A DNA stretch of 60,983 nucleotides from Sphingomicrobium sp. (lineage in GTDB: Bacteria > Pseudomonadota > Alphaproteobacteria > Sphingomonadales > Sphingomonadaceae), in assembly GCA_035470745.1 (NCBI GenBank), contig DATIQO010000090.1, forward strand, positions 1 through 60,983, written 5' to 3'. Positions 43,328 to 53,467 of this stretch are shown here, piece after piece; position 1 is the first letter of the stretch, and every line of letters begins with the position of its first letter. Position numbers and translations under genes: made by a program. The notes under the pieces were generated by a model that worked only from the letters and a program-made list of their open reading frames with translations, made no database searches and was not told where the DNA came from.

Positions 43328-44815
43328 ATGGCTGAACAACAGCAGCAACAAGCCGGGAAGACGCTGGAACAGCTCTTCCAGGCTGAACCCGACCGCCTGA
43401 GCCGTCTCACCTCGACGTTCGCCGGCATCTACTTCGACTGGACCAAGACGCATCTCGACAGCGTCCTCATCGACCGCTTCATCGAGCGCGCGGGAGAAAA
43501 GGGATTTGAAGCTGCGCGTGATGCGCTGTTCGCCGGCGAGGTCGTCAACCAAAGTGAAGGCCGTCCCGCCACGCATGTCGCCGAACGCGGCGGCGGGTCT
43601 CCGGAAGATGTCGACCTCTCGACTGTGCGGCGCCAGCGCATGCGCGCTCTCGTCGATGCGATCGAAGCCGGCGCCTTCGGGGAACTGACGGGCATTCTCC
43701 ACATCGGGATCGGCGGATCCGTCCTTGGCCCCGCATTGCTGGTCGATGCCCTTGGACGGCGGAGCTCGAGCCTCACCGTCCGCTTCCTGTCGAACATCGA
43801 CGGCGCTGCCTTCGAGGATGCTGTCGAGCCGCTCGATCCAGCAACGACGCTTGTCGTCGCGGCCTCGAAGACCTTCACGACGCTTGAAACCCTCGCCAAC
43901 CTGGATGCTGCCCGGGCGTGGCTCCGCGGCGCGGGTGTAAGCGACCCCGATGGGCGGGTCATCGCCGTGACCGCAAATCCGCAGGCGGCGCTCGACCATG
44001 GGATCGACGAGAGCCGCATCCTGCAATTCGGGGAGGGAGTGGGTGGACGCTACTCATTGTGGAGCTCGGTTGGACTGAGCGCCGCCCTCGCGCTTGGCTG
44101 GGACGCCTTCGAGGCGCTGCTGGAAGGCGCTGCCGAAATGGACCGCCACTTCCGCTTCGCCTCGCTTCGCGAGAATCTCCCGCTCCTCGCCGCGTTCGCT
44201 GACCGGCTCTATGTGGAAACATTCGGCTGCCAGACCCGCGGCGTGTTCGCATATGACGAGCGGCTGCGGCTGATCCCGTTCTACCTGCAGCAGCTCGAGA
44301 TGGAATCGAACGGCAAATCCGTGACCAGGGATGGCAAGGTCGTCGAGGTGCCGACGGCGCCCGTCACCTGGGGCGGCACGGGAACGGACGCGCAGCACGC
44401 GGTCTTCCAGCTTCTGCACCAGGGCACGGTACTGGTTCCGGTCGAGTTCATCGCAGTAAGCGAGGCCGACGATGCGCAGGATCCCGAGCATCACCGGCTG
44501 CTTCTGCTCAACGCCTTTGCCCAAGGGGCTGCGCTGATGGCGGGGCGCACGAGCGAGGATCCGCAGCGAAGCTATTCAGGCAACCGGCCGAGCGTGTCGA
44601 TTCTCCTCGATCGCCTCGATCCGCGGACGCTTGGCGCTCTCATTGCGTTCTACGAGCACCGCACCTTCGCCAATGCGATCCTGACGGGGATCAATCCGTT
44701 CGACCAGTTCGGGGTCGAGCTTGGCAAGCAGATCGCCCGCCAGCTCGCGGAAGGCGAGGATGAGGAAAGTCTCGACGTGTCGACAAGGGCATTGATGGAA
44801 AGGGCAGGGATCTGA
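43328..44815 (+). CDS. pgi: glucose-6-phosphate isomerase
   Basis: GIGGS, SKTFTT, GGRYSLWS, QQLEMESNGK, FDQFGVELGK. Confidence 0.96.
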   Translation: MAEQQQQQAGKTLEQLFQAEPDRLSRLTSTFAGIYFDWTKTHLDSVLIDRFIERAGEKGFEAARDALFAGEVVNQSEGRPATHVAERGGGSPEDVDLSTVRRQRMRALVDAIEAGAFGELTGILHIGIGGSVLGPALLVDALGRRSSSLTVRFLSNIDGAAFEDAVEPLDPATTLVVAASKTFTTLETLANLDAARAWLRGAGVSDPDGRVIAVTANPQAALDHGIDESRILQFGEGVGGRYSLWSSVGLSAALALGWDAFEALLEGAAEMDRHFRFASLRENLPLLAAFADRLYVETFGCQTRGVFAYDERLRLIPFYLQQLEMESNGKSVTRDGKVVEVPTAPVTWGGTGTDAQHAVFQLLHQGTVLVPVEFIAVSEADDAQDPEHHRLLLLNAFAQGAALMAGRTSEDPQRSYSGNRPSVSILLDRLDPRTLGALIAFYEHRTFANAILTGINPFDQFGVELGKQIARQLAEGEDEESLDVSTRALMERAGI

Positions 44816-46155
44816 TGGCCGATTTCGATTTATTCGTGATCGGAGCCGGCTCGGGCGGCGTTCGCGCCTCGCGCGTTGCGGCGGCTTATGGCGCGCGTGT
44901 CGGCATCGCCGAGGAGCATAAGGTCGGCGGGACCTGCGTCATCCGCGGCTGCGTGCCCAAGAAGCTGCTCGTCTATGGCGCGCATTTCGCCGAGGACCTC
45001 GACGATGCGGCAATGTTTGGCTGGGACGTGCCTGAAAAGAGCTTTTGCTGGCCGGTCCTGCGCGACAATGTCCTCTCGGAAGTGGAGCGGCTGGAAAGCG
45101 CGTATACCGAGACCCTGACCAGCCACCAGGTGACCATCTTCCACGAGCGGGCGACGCTGAGCGGCCCCAACCTGGTCAAGCTCGCAAGCGGCAAGGAAGT
45201 GACCGCCGACAAGATCCTGATTGCCACCGGCGCCACGCCGGTCATGCCGCTGATCGAGGGGATCGAACATGCGATCAGTTCAAACGAGGTCTTTCACCTC
45301 GAAGAGCTGCCGAAACGCATCGTGATCGCCGGAGGCGGCTATATCGCGAACGAGTTTGCCGGCATTTTCCACCAGTTCGGAACGCATGTGACCTTGGTCA
45401 ATCGCACCGACGTTATCCTTCGCCACTATGACCAGCAGCTCGTCGACCGCCTGATCCAGATTTCGCTCCGCAAGGGGATCGACTTCAAGTTCAATGCAAC
45501 GATCGACCGGATCGAGCGCCGCGACGATGGTTCGCTCCATGTCGCGATGAGCGGCTGCGATGACATCGAGGCGGACCAGCTGCTGTTCGCGACCGGTCGC
45601 GAGCCGAACACGCAAGGTCTCGGCCTCAAGGAGATCGGGGTCGAGCTCGGCGACAAGGGCGAGGTCAGGGTGGACGAGGACAACCGCACCAACGTCCCCT
45701 CGATCTTTGCGGTTGGCGATGTGACCGACCGCGTGCAGCTCACGCCCGTCGCGATCCGCGAGGGCCAGGCATTTGCCGATACTTTCTTTGGCAACAAGCC
45801 GCGACGGGTCGACTATGGCTGTATTCCCTCGGCCGTCTTTAGCCATCCGCCACTTGCCGGCGTCGGCCTCACCGAAGGTGCCGCGCGCAACAAGCTTGGC
45901 TCCGTCAAGACGTTCACGTCCGACTTCCGGGCGATGAAGAACGTCCTTGCCGGTCGCAACGAGCGCTCGCTCTACAAGCTGGTCGTGGACGAGGGCACCG
46001 ACGAGATCGTCGGGATCCACATGATCGGACCCGACGCACCGGAAATTCTCCAGGCAGCAGCGGTGGCGGTGAAAGCCAAGCTGAAGAAGAGCGACTTCGA
46101 CGAGACCGTTGCGCTCCATCCGACCATGGCCGAAGAGCTGGTGCTGATGCGGTGA
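44815..46155 (+). CDS. gor: glutathione-disulfide reductase
   Basis: GAGSGG, GGTCVIRGCVPKK, HPTMAEE. Confidence 0.95.
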   Translation: MADFDLFVIGAGSGGVRASRVAAAYGARVGIAEEHKVGGTCVIRGCVPKKLLVYGAHFAEDLDDAAMFGWDVPEKSFCWPVLRDNVLSEVERLESAYTETLTSHQVTIFHERATLSGPNLVKLASGKEVTADKILIATGATPVMPLIEGIEHAISSNEVFHLEELPKRIVIAGGGYIANEFAGIFHQFGTHVTLVNRTDVILRHYDQQLVDRLIQISLRKGIDFKFNATIDRIERRDDGSLHVAMSGCDDIEADQLLFATGREPNTQGLGLKEIGVELGDKGEVRVDEDNRTNVPSIFAVGDVTDRVQLTPVAIREGQAFADTFFGNKPRRVDYGCIPSAVFSHPPLAGVGLTEGAARNKLGSVKTFTSDFRAMKNVLAGRNERSLYKLVVDEGTDEIVGIHMIGPDAPEILQAAAVAVKAKLKKSDFDETVALHPTMAEELVLMR

Positions 46156-46607
46156 CCGGCGAGGCCGATCTCGATCGCCGCTGCGCCGATAGCTTCGGCC
46201 GCCAGGGACTGATGCGCCTGTTGGGAGCAAAGCTCGTCGAGGCGGCGAATGGGCGCGCCATCATTGAGGTGCCCTATCGCGAGGACCTCACCCAGCAGCA
46301 CGGCTATTTTCATGGAGGCGTCGTCACCGCGATCGCCGATACCGCGTGCGGATACGCGGCTTATACGACGATGCCCGCGGATGCCTCGGTCCTGACGGTT
46401 GAATTCAAGATCAATCTCATGAACCCGGCGGCCGGCGACCTGCTGCGCGCCGAAGCGCTCGTCCGCAAATCGGGGCGGACGCTGGTCGTCGTTGGGGCGA
46501 CCGTACTTGCGATCAGGCGCGAGACGGCTGTCCCTGCCGGGGAAATGCTGGGCACGTTCATCGTCCTTCGCAACACCAGCGACATGGAGCCTCGTGTTCT
46601 TGCGTGA
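46152..46607 (+). CDS. PaaI family thioesterase
   Basis: HGGVVTAIADTACG hotdog-fold motif. Confidence 0.85.
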   Translation: MTGEADLDRRCADSFGRQGLMRLLGAKLVEAANGRAIIEVPYREDLTQQHGYFHGGVVTAIADTACGYAAYTTMPADASVLTVEFKINLMNPAAGDLLRAEALVRKSGRTLVVVGATVLAIRRETAVPAGEMLGTFIVLRNTSDMEPRVLA

Positions 46608-46675
46608 ACGGCGATGCTCTGGACGCCGTCGGAGCGTCCCTCTAGGCGATTAGATCAATCAGCGGTGGGACATCG

Positions 46676-48262
46676 ATGGAATGTGATGCTCTCGTAATCG
46701 GCGCCGGGCATAATGGTCTGACCTGCGCTCATTACCTCGCAAAGAGGGGTTTGAAGGTGACCGTCGTGGAGGCGGCTCCGAACGTTGGCGGCGCTGCCGT
46801 CACAGACGAGTTTCTACCGGGCTTCAGGAACTCCGCGGCGAGCTACACGGTCAGCCTCCTTCAGCCCAAGGTCATCCATGACATGCAGCTCGAGCGGCAT
46901 GGGCTGAAGGTCGTGCTGCGCAAGACCGACAATTTTCTTCCCGGCGACGGAGACTATCTGCTCGCCGGCCGGAACGGCCTGACGCGCAAGGAAATCGCGC
47001 GCCACAGCAAGCCGGACGCCGAGGCCTACGACCGCTACATCAGCGAGCTCGAGACGGTCGTTCGGTTGCTGAAGAAATGGCTGCTCCGCGCCCCGCCCAA
47101 CGTCGGCCGCAAGGTCAGCGCCATTCCAAAGCTGCTGAGCCTCGGGCGCGACATGGCCGGGCTGACCCTCGACGAAACGAGGGTCGTTCACGATTTTGCC
47201 GTGCGCAGCGCGTCCGACATCCTCGATCGTCATTTCGAAGGGGACTTGACCAAGGCCCTGTTCGGTTTCGATGGAGTGGTCGGCAATTTCGCCTCGCCGC
47301 AGTCGCCCGGCACCGCCTACGTCCTTCTCCACCACCTGTTTGGCGAGGCTGCCGGCGTGCCGGGGGCCTGGGGCCACGCGATCGGCGGAATGGGATCGAT
47401 CACCCAGGCGATGGCGCGAGCTTGCCGGGAGGCGGGCGTCGATATCCTGCTCAATACGCCTGTCGAGGAAGTGATCGTCACGAACGGGCGCGCTTCGGGC
47501 GTGGTCGCCGGCGGCAAGGCCTACCAGGCGAAGACGATCATCGCGGGCGTCAATCCACGGCTCCTGTTCGACCAGCTGCTGCCGCGCGGCGCGGTCGAGG
47601 AAGACGTCGCGGCGCGCATGCATGGCTGGAAATGCGAAAGCGCAACCTTTCGCATGAACGTTGCCCTGGCCGAGCTTCCGAACTTCACGGTCTTGCCCAA
47701 GAAGGGCAACCACCTGACGGCCGGCATCATCATGGCGCCAAGCCTCGATTACATGCACCGCGCCTATCTCGACGCCGCGGTCAACGGCTGGGCGAAGCAG
47801 CCGATCATCGAAATGCTGATCCCTTCGACGCTCGATCCGAGCCTCGCGCCCAGGGGCAAGCATGTTGCGAGCCTCTTCTGCCAGCACTTCCGCTATGATC
47901 TTGGACCGGGAAGAAGCTGGGACAAGGAGCGTGAGAAGGCTGCCGACCAGATCATCGCGGTGGTGGACGCCCATGCGCCGGGCTTTGCCAAGGCGGTCAT
48001 CGGCCGCCAGATCCACTCGCCGCTCGATCTCGAGCGCCGCTTTGGCCTGATCGGCGGCGACATCTTCCACGGCAAGATGGGGCTCGACCAGCTATTCAGC
48101 GCGCGCCCGATGATCGGAGCCGCCGATTATCGGATGCCGCTGAAAGGCCTCTATCTTTGCGGCTCGGGTGCTCATCCCGGCGGCGGTGTCACGGGCGCGC
48201 CGGGACATAATGCGGCACAGGCGGTCCTCGCCGACCGGCGCTTCTGGAGCCGGCGTCATTGA
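46676..48262 (+). CDS. phytoene dehydrogenase-like FAD oxidoreductase
   Basis: IGAGHNGL, GGMG, LCGSGAHPGGGVTGAPG. Confidence 0.85.
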   Translation: MECDALVIGAGHNGLTCAHYLAKRGLKVTVVEAAPNVGGAAVTDEFLPGFRNSAASYTVSLLQPKVIHDMQLERHGLKVVLRKTDNFLPGDGDYLLAGRNGLTRKEIARHSKPDAEAYDRYISELETVVRLLKKWLLRAPPNVGRKVSAIPKLLSLGRDMAGLTLDETRVVHDFAVRSASDILDRHFEGDLTKALFGFDGVVGNFASPQSPGTAYVLLHHLFGEAAGVPGAWGHAIGGMGSITQAMARACREAGVDILLNTPVEEVIVTNGRASGVVAGGKAYQAKTIIAGVNPRLLFDQLLPRGAVEEDVAARMHGWKCESATFRMNVALAELPNFTVLPKKGNHLTAGIIMAPSLDYMHRAYLDAAVNGWAKQPIIEMLIPSTLDPSLAPRGKHVASLFCQHFRYDLGPGRSWDKEREKAADQIIAVVDAHAPGFAKAVIGRQIHSPLDLERRFGLIGGDIFHGKMGLDQLFSARPMIGAADYRMPLKGLYLCGSGAHPGGGVTGAPGHNAAQAVLADRRFWSRRH

Positions 48263-49455
48263 AACCGCTGGAAGGTGTGAGGGTCCTCGATCTGAGCCGG
48301 GTGCTCGCGGGGCCCTGGTGCACCCAGCTGCTCGCCGACCTTGGAGCGGAGGTGATCAAGATCGAGCGGCCAGGCGCCGGCGACGATACGCGCCTTTGGG
48401 GTCCGCCATGGCACGGCGAAGGTGAAGAACGGGTCGCCGCTTATTTCCTCAGCTGCAACCGGGGCAAGAAATCGGCGGCAATCGATTTCTCGCAGGACGA
48501 GGGCGCAGCGCTCGTCCGCAGGCTCGCCGCCCGGTCCGACATTCTCATCGAGAATTTCAAGGTCGGCGGGCTTGAGAAATTCGGTCTCGATGCAAAGTCG
48601 CTGCGAGCTCAAGATCCGCGGCTCGTCTATGCCTCGATTACCGGCTTTGGTCAGGATGGTCCCTACGCCGAGCGGGCCGGCTACGATTATATCATCCAGG
48701 GCATGGGCGGGCTGATGAGCATCACCGGCCTGCCTGACGGGGTGCCGGGCGGGGGCCCAATGCGGGTCGGGGTAGCCGTCGTCGACCTCTTCACCGGCCT
48801 TTACACCTGCATTGCGATCCTTTCGGCGCTTTATCGGAGGGAACGGACAGGAGAGGGGGCGCACATCGACATGGCGCTATTCGACACCCAGATCGCGATG
48901 CTCGCGAACCAGGCGTCGAACGCACTCATCTCGGGAAAAGACCCGCCGCGGCAGGGAAACACGCACCCGAATATCGTCCCCTACCAGCCTTTCGAGGCCG
49001 CCGATCAGCCGATTATCATCGCGGTCGGGAACGACCGGCAATTCGCTCGCCTCGCCGAGATTTGCGGATCGCCCGAATGGCTTGCTGACGACCGCTTCGC
49101 ATCGAACGGCGCTCGCGTCGCCAACCGCGAGGAAATGGTCCGGCTGGTGAGCGAGGCCATTGGCCGCAAGACGGCGGCGGAATGGCTCGATCAGCTCGAG
49201 GCCGCGGGCATCCCGGCGGGCCCGATCAACCGCATCACCCAGGCGCTCGGCGACGTCCAGGCTCAGCACCGGCAGATGGTTCGCAGCATCGCCGGCGTGA
49301 CGCTCGTCGGTTCGCCGGTTCGCCTCGACGGCGAGCGCGCAGATTCGGACCTTCCCCCGCCTCGCCTCGGCGAGCATACCCAAAGCGTGCTGGCGAGCAT
49401 CGGCGTGTCGGCGGCGGAGGCAGCGCTCTTGAGGTCTAAGGGCGTAACCGGCTGA
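48259..49455 (+). CDS. CaiB/BaiF family III CoA-transferase
   Basis: DLSRVLAGP, LADLGAEVIKIE, NRGKKS, AGYD. Confidence 0.92.
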   Translation: MKPLEGVRVLDLSRVLAGPWCTQLLADLGAEVIKIERPGAGDDTRLWGPPWHGEGEERVAAYFLSCNRGKKSAAIDFSQDEGAALVRRLAARSDILIENFKVGGLEKFGLDAKSLRAQDPRLVYASITGFGQDGPYAERAGYDYIIQGMGGLMSITGLPDGVPGGGPMRVGVAVVDLFTGLYTCIAILSALYRRERTGEGAHIDMALFDTQIAMLANQASNALISGKDPPRQGNTHPNIVPYQPFEAADQPIIIAVGNDRQFARLAEICGSPEWLADDRFASNGARVANREEMVRLVSEAIGRKTAAEWLDQLEAAGIPAGPINRITQALGDVQAQHRQMVRSIAGVTLVGSPVRLDGERADSDLPPPRLGEHTQSVLASIGVSAAEAALLRSKGVTG

Positions 49456-50145
49456 TTAATGCGCGGGCGGCGCGTCCTTGCTCACTCCCGCCACGAGGAG
49501 GTCGAGCTGGTTCTGGCAGCCGTTCTCGATCAGGGCCTGGGCAGTACCGACGAGATCCGAGGGCACCGATCCCAAGGTTACGACATCGACGCTGTTCTTG
49601 TCGCCAGCATCGCCCCAATCGATCTGATATTGCGCGCCGCTCTTCACCGGCAGCCCGGCGGGCCATGCCGCGAGCGCTTTGCCGGCAGCCCAGCTCAGTT
49701 TCTGGGCCTGCCCGTCTGACGAGCGGATTTGCACGCTTGCAGCGGCATCGCTGTCCGGGCGCCAAAGCTGGAGCTTGCTTGCGTCAGTGACGCAGACCTT
49801 GCCGCTTTGTGTCGCATCGATGTCCCAGAGACTTGGGTTATGGGCGACCTCCGCTGCCCGCAGCGCGCCGAAGCGGCCGCGCTGCCCGGCCGCCGAGGCA
49901 AGGCTGATCTGTCCCGCGTCGAAATTGCCGGGCCCGCGAAGCGTCTGCGCCGAACTGGGACCAAGCACGGTGACGACGTCTCCGCCCTGGAGGGTGATCT
50001 TGGCGCTCGGCGGAATGGTCTTGCCCGGCGGATAGGCCTTGGCCGAGGGCCCGAGCGACTTCACCACCACGACGCTGGCCGCAGCCATCGTCGAGCTCAG
50101 GGCGACGACAAGTGCTGCGCCCCACAGCATTGGCTTCGCACGCAT
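49456..50145 (-). CDS. secreted hypothetical protein (beta-rich)
   Basis: Signal peptide ending AAA; 229 aa; co-oriented with the upstream secreted-protein genes. Confidence 0.75.
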   Translation of the reverse strand: MRAKPMLWGAALVVALSSTMAAASVVVVKSLGPSAKAYPPGKTIPPSAKITLQGGDVVTVLGPSSAQTLRGPGNFDAGQISLASAAGQRGRFGALRAAEVAHNPSLWDIDATQSGKVCVTDASKLQLWRPDSDAAASVQIRSSDGQAQKLSWAAGKALAAWPAGLPVKSGAQYQIDWGDAGDKNSVDVVTLGSVPSDLVGTAQALIENGCQNQLDLLVAGVSKDAPPAH

Positions 50146-50167
50146 CTTCCGGCTTTCCCTTTTCAGC

Positions 50168-50872
50168 TCAGTTCAGGATCTTGGTGGCAACGTTGTAGCG
50201 ATAATCCTCATCTTGCGTCAGGCAGCGCCGGGTGGACCTGTCCTTGGCATCGGCGACCGCCTTCTGCTGGTACATGACGTCGGTCAGCAGCTTGCGCGAC
50301 ACTCCCATCCGGATCAGGAAATCATTGTCCTCGCTCGCGAGCAGGGCCGAATCCTGCTCCACGTCGCCGATCAGCCCAATGGCGCTGTCAGTCCCCTTGT
50401 TGAGCTCGGAGCGGACCGCCTCCTTGTCGCCGACATGCGTGAACATGTGGACGACGAAGAGCCCGCCCGGATCGACGTACCGAACGACGCCGCCCATGAA
50501 CATGAAGTTGCATGCGGAAAAGCAGGCCCAGCCTTGCGGGATCCTGGTCGGGATCATGGCGTCGCGGATGATCTTGCCGGCGGCGTTGCCTGCCCGGGCA
50601 TCCCCTCCCGGCGAGCGCAGCCAGATTTCCTGGACCGGGTCATTGGTCTTGAGCGCATCCTGAAGCTTCGCGGCGACATCCTGGTCGATCTGGCCTTCGG
50701 CTTTCAGCACCCGCACACCGTTGATCGTCTCGAGCGAGAATTTCATCTCGGGGTAGGTCGACCAGTTAAGGTGCTTGGGGCAGGTCGGATTGTCGGGGTC
50801 CGGAGGATCCGCGGCAGCGACGTTGAGGAGCAAGAGGCATGCTCCGACGACCGGCTTGATGCGGAATGCCAT
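50168..50872 (-). CDS. secreted ClpP/crotonase-fold protein (COG3904-like)
   Basis: Signal peptide; GQID, LRSPGG, CFSAC...GG..R...VH pattern. Confidence 0.65.
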   Translation of the reverse strand: MAFRIKPVVGACLLLLNVAAADPPDPDNPTCPKHLNWSTYPEMKFSLETINGVRVLKAEGQIDQDVAAKLQDALKTNDPVQEIWLRSPGGDARAGNAAGKIIRDAMIPTRIPQGWACFSACNFMFMGGVVRYVDPGGLFVVHMFTHVGDKEAVRSELNKGTDSAIGLIGDVEQDSALLASEDNDFLIRMGVSRKLLTDVMYQQKAVADAKDRSTRRCLTQDEDYRYNVATKILN

Positions 50873-50876
50873 CGGC

Positions 50877-51392
50877 TCAGACCTTGACGTAGGCGCTTGC
50901 GCCGGGGGCCCTGCACATTTTCTTCGGCACGGTTGTTTCTTCGCCATCGACGATCACGACATCGGTGACCGTCAGGCATTGCGACCCGTCCGCCATCTGC
51001 TGCTGTCCGGTGACCTTGGAGCTGCCGGAAACGTTGGAGCGGCTCTCGCTTTTCCAGTTCACCTCGGTCCCCACGCCGCCGCGGATCGCCTGGTCGGTAG
51101 CTTTGGCTGCCTGCTGCTGCTCCTTGCAGTCGAGGATCTTGAGAAGCTCGTCTCCAAGATAGGATGCGGCCGGCATGGCGAGTGAATAGACTTCTCCCCC
51201 GACGCCGGCATGGCCCAGAATGCTGCCGCCGATGCTTCCGAGCATGCTGCCGAACATCGAGCGCTTGGCCTGCTTCTGCGGAGTGTCCTGGCATTGCTGG
51301 GGATTATGCTGCTGTGCGGCCGCCGAGCCGCCGCCTAGGGCAGCTATCGGCGCGATCGCCAGCAGCCCGGTCAAAGCCAAGGCACGCAACAT
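50877..51392 (-). CDS. 17-kDa surface antigen-like secreted protein
   Basis: Signal peptide; Gly-rich zipper-like segment; W.S...SG...C...V.VDG.E....K.CR C-terminus. Confidence 0.65.
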   Translation of the reverse strand: MLRALALTGLLAIAPIAALGGGSAAAQQHNPQQCQDTPQKQAKRSMFGSMLGSIGGSILGHAGVGGEVYSLAMPAASYLGDELLKILDCKEQQQAAKATDQAIRGGVGTEVNWKSESRSNVSGSSKVTGQQQMADGSQCLTVTDVVIVDGEETTVPKKMCRAPGASAYVKV

Positions 51393-51422
51393 GAATCACC
51401 CCCTGATGTCGCTTGTTCCTGA

Positions 51423-51449
51423 ATTATGCTTTGATTTGAATGGGGTCAA
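51423..51449 (-). promoter_or_regulatory. putative sigma70 promoter for the three secreted-protein genes
   Basis: TTGACC-N15-CATAAT in an AT-rich gap; spacing is short. Confidence 0.35.
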
Positions 51450-51474
51450 TGAACGCTGGTCGAATCAGGGACGC

Positions 51475-53400
51475 TCAGGCGGATCCACGCGACCGTTTCG
51501 CCGACGGGGCTGGACGGGTCCTGCCAAGCACCGCCTCGAGCGCCTGGATGCGCCGGCTGTTGTCGGCGATCAGCTCGTTGATCTGCGCTTCGCGAGCCTC
51601 GCGCTTTACGACCGTGCCAATTGCACGGGCAATGTCCTCGGAGACTTCGCAAAGCGCCTTTTGCTCTTCGCGGCTAGGGATCGAACCATCGGGGCGCGGC
51701 CCGACGATGAGGTAACCGACCGGCTCTTGTTGATCGGAGCTCGGGACGAGCGGCACGCGAATCGGAAACAGCCGATCGGATGCCTCGCAGACGTCGCATG
51801 GATGGCCGTTCGCGAAGACGGATGTGCGCCACGCGTCCACTTCATCGCTGGAAAGCCCGCGGGCGCTGAGGACGCAGCTATCGACGATTATCGCCGCCCT
51901 GACCGCGCGTACCCCGCGCTCGACCTGCGCGAGGATCTGGCCGAGCATTTCGCTAAGCGGAGCAGTCTCGCGCATGTCCCTGACGCTCTGAGGCAGATCG
52001 TTCCGAAGGAGGAACAGGTTCTTCTGGAAGCGCTTCTCCGACCAGCGCTGGACGCGATCCTGGATCGGGTTGACCATGATCGTCGCGAGCGCTGCCGCGA
52101 AGATGATCGGACCTTCGTTGTTGGTGTTGCCGGAATAATTGTAGACGATCTGCTTCAGCGCATCCCCGGCTGCGGCAAAGATCGCGGCGACACCCAAGGT
52201 GATCACGGCGACATTGACGGATCGCCCGATCACGATCTCGGCATCGTAGAGACGGTAGCGAAGAAGCGCGACGAGCAGGCCGAGCTGCAGGAACAGCGCG
52301 GCAAGTGCAAAGCTGATGCCGGCGGCCATCTCGACCAGCAATTGATGCCCGAAGCTTCCCGTCGACCATTTTAGATAATCGCAGACGATCGAAACACAGC
52401 GCAGCACGGCATAGGCGCTGATCCCGAACAGGGCCCAGCGGATCTGTTGCCGCTGCTCGCTCGAGTGGGTCCGGCGCAGCCGGCGGATCATGGAAAGCAC
52501 GCCGATGACCATCAAGGCGATGAAATAGGCCTGGTAGGTCTGTCCATGGAGGAACATCAGGAGCGGCAGGCAGGCAATCAGCCCAATTACCCGCCAGGAG
52601 AGATTGCCGTGCGGAAACAAGAGGATGCCGGCGAGCAGGAGAATGTTTCCGAGATCGTAGACGGCGACGTTGACGGGGCGGGGAACCCCGAACGACGCAA
52701 GGAAGATCGAGGACGGCTGCTCGGCTGCGATGTTGAGGAGAACCGCAAGCGAAAGGAGCGAACTGACGACGTCGCGCGAATTGCGGCGGTGTAGCAGCCA
52801 CGCTGCCCAGAGGAGGAAGGGATAGAAGGCAATGTGGAAAAGATCGATGAAGCTAAGGATCCGGGGCGACACCCCAAGCGATTGCGCGCCCGCGTCGATA
52901 TGATGCTCACCGGTCGTCACCGTCACTTCGCGCACGCGTCCGCCGGGATCGCGTAACGTCAGCGGAACCTGCGATTGATCATCGCCGAACAGCAGGTTTC
53001 CCATTGCGATATAGGCGGGATCGTCGGCGTGCTTCGATAGCGCCTCCTCGTTGACCGGCATCGATTTCGGGAGCGGCAGGCCATAGATTGCAAGGATGTG
53101 ATCGCCCGCGACGATCGCGCCCGACTTCTCCTGCGGTCCGACAGTAAAACGCACCACCGTCGCGTCAGCGGGAGATACGGCAAAGCCCGCGCGGCTGCCG
53201 AGGAGTAGCTGCGAGTTGTTCGGCTTTTGCGTGTAGCGCTGATAGGATCCAACCAGGGGGCCGCCGATTGCGAACAGCAATACGAGGACCCAGAAGGCGG
53301 TAAACAGCCGGTAGCCGAGCGTATTGAAGTCCGGCACCACGGGCGGCAGCCGGAAACCTCGCTTCAGCTCCTGGTCGTTCCTTGGCAAGGCAAGCTGCAT
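51475..53400 (-). CDS. multi-pass membrane protein with PDZ-like periplasmic and GAF-like cytoplasmic domains
   Basis: TM, IVAGDHILAIYG, roughly 8-9 TMs, LRYRLYD, VPLV...VGYLIVGPRPDG. Confidence 0.7.
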   Translation of the reverse strand: MQLALPRNDQELKRGFRLPPVVPDFNTLGYRLFTAFWVLVLLFAIGGPLVGSYQRYTQKPNNSQLLLGSRAGFAVSPADATVVRFTVGPQEKSGAIVAGDHILAIYGLPLPKSMPVNEEALSKHADDPAYIAMGNLLFGDDQSQVPLTLRDPGGRVREVTVTTGEHHIDAGAQSLGVSPRILSFIDLFHIAFYPFLLWAAWLLHRRNSRDVVSSLLSLAVLLNIAAEQPSSIFLASFGVPRPVNVAVYDLGNILLLAGILLFPHGNLSWRVIGLIACLPLLMFLHGQTYQAYFIALMVIGVLSMIRRLRRTHSSEQRQQIRWALFGISAYAVLRCVSIVCDYLKWSTGSFGHQLLVEMAAGISFALAALFLQLGLLVALLRYRLYDAEIVIGRSVNVAVITLGVAAIFAAAGDALKQIVYNYSGNTNNEGPIIFAAALATIMVNPIQDRVQRWSEKRFQKNLFLLRNDLPQSVRDMRETAPLSEMLGQILAQVERGVRAVRAAIIVDSCVLSARGLSSDEVDAWRTSVFANGHPCDVCEASDRLFPIRVPLVPSSDQQEPVGYLIVGPRPDGSIPSREEQKALCEVSEDIARAIGTVVKREAREAQINELIADNSRRIQALEAVLGRTRPAPSAKRSRGSA

Positions 53401-53467
53401 TCCCCCTCAGCTCCGGCCTGGATTGTCCTGGCATCATCATGAGCGGCGCGAACGCACCGCGCAATCG

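Noticed and set aside
46676..48262. Carotenoid biosynthesis crtI
   Set aside because: No crt neighbours; the context (thioesterase, CoA-transferase) fits the broader phytoene-dehydrogenase-like oxidoreductase family
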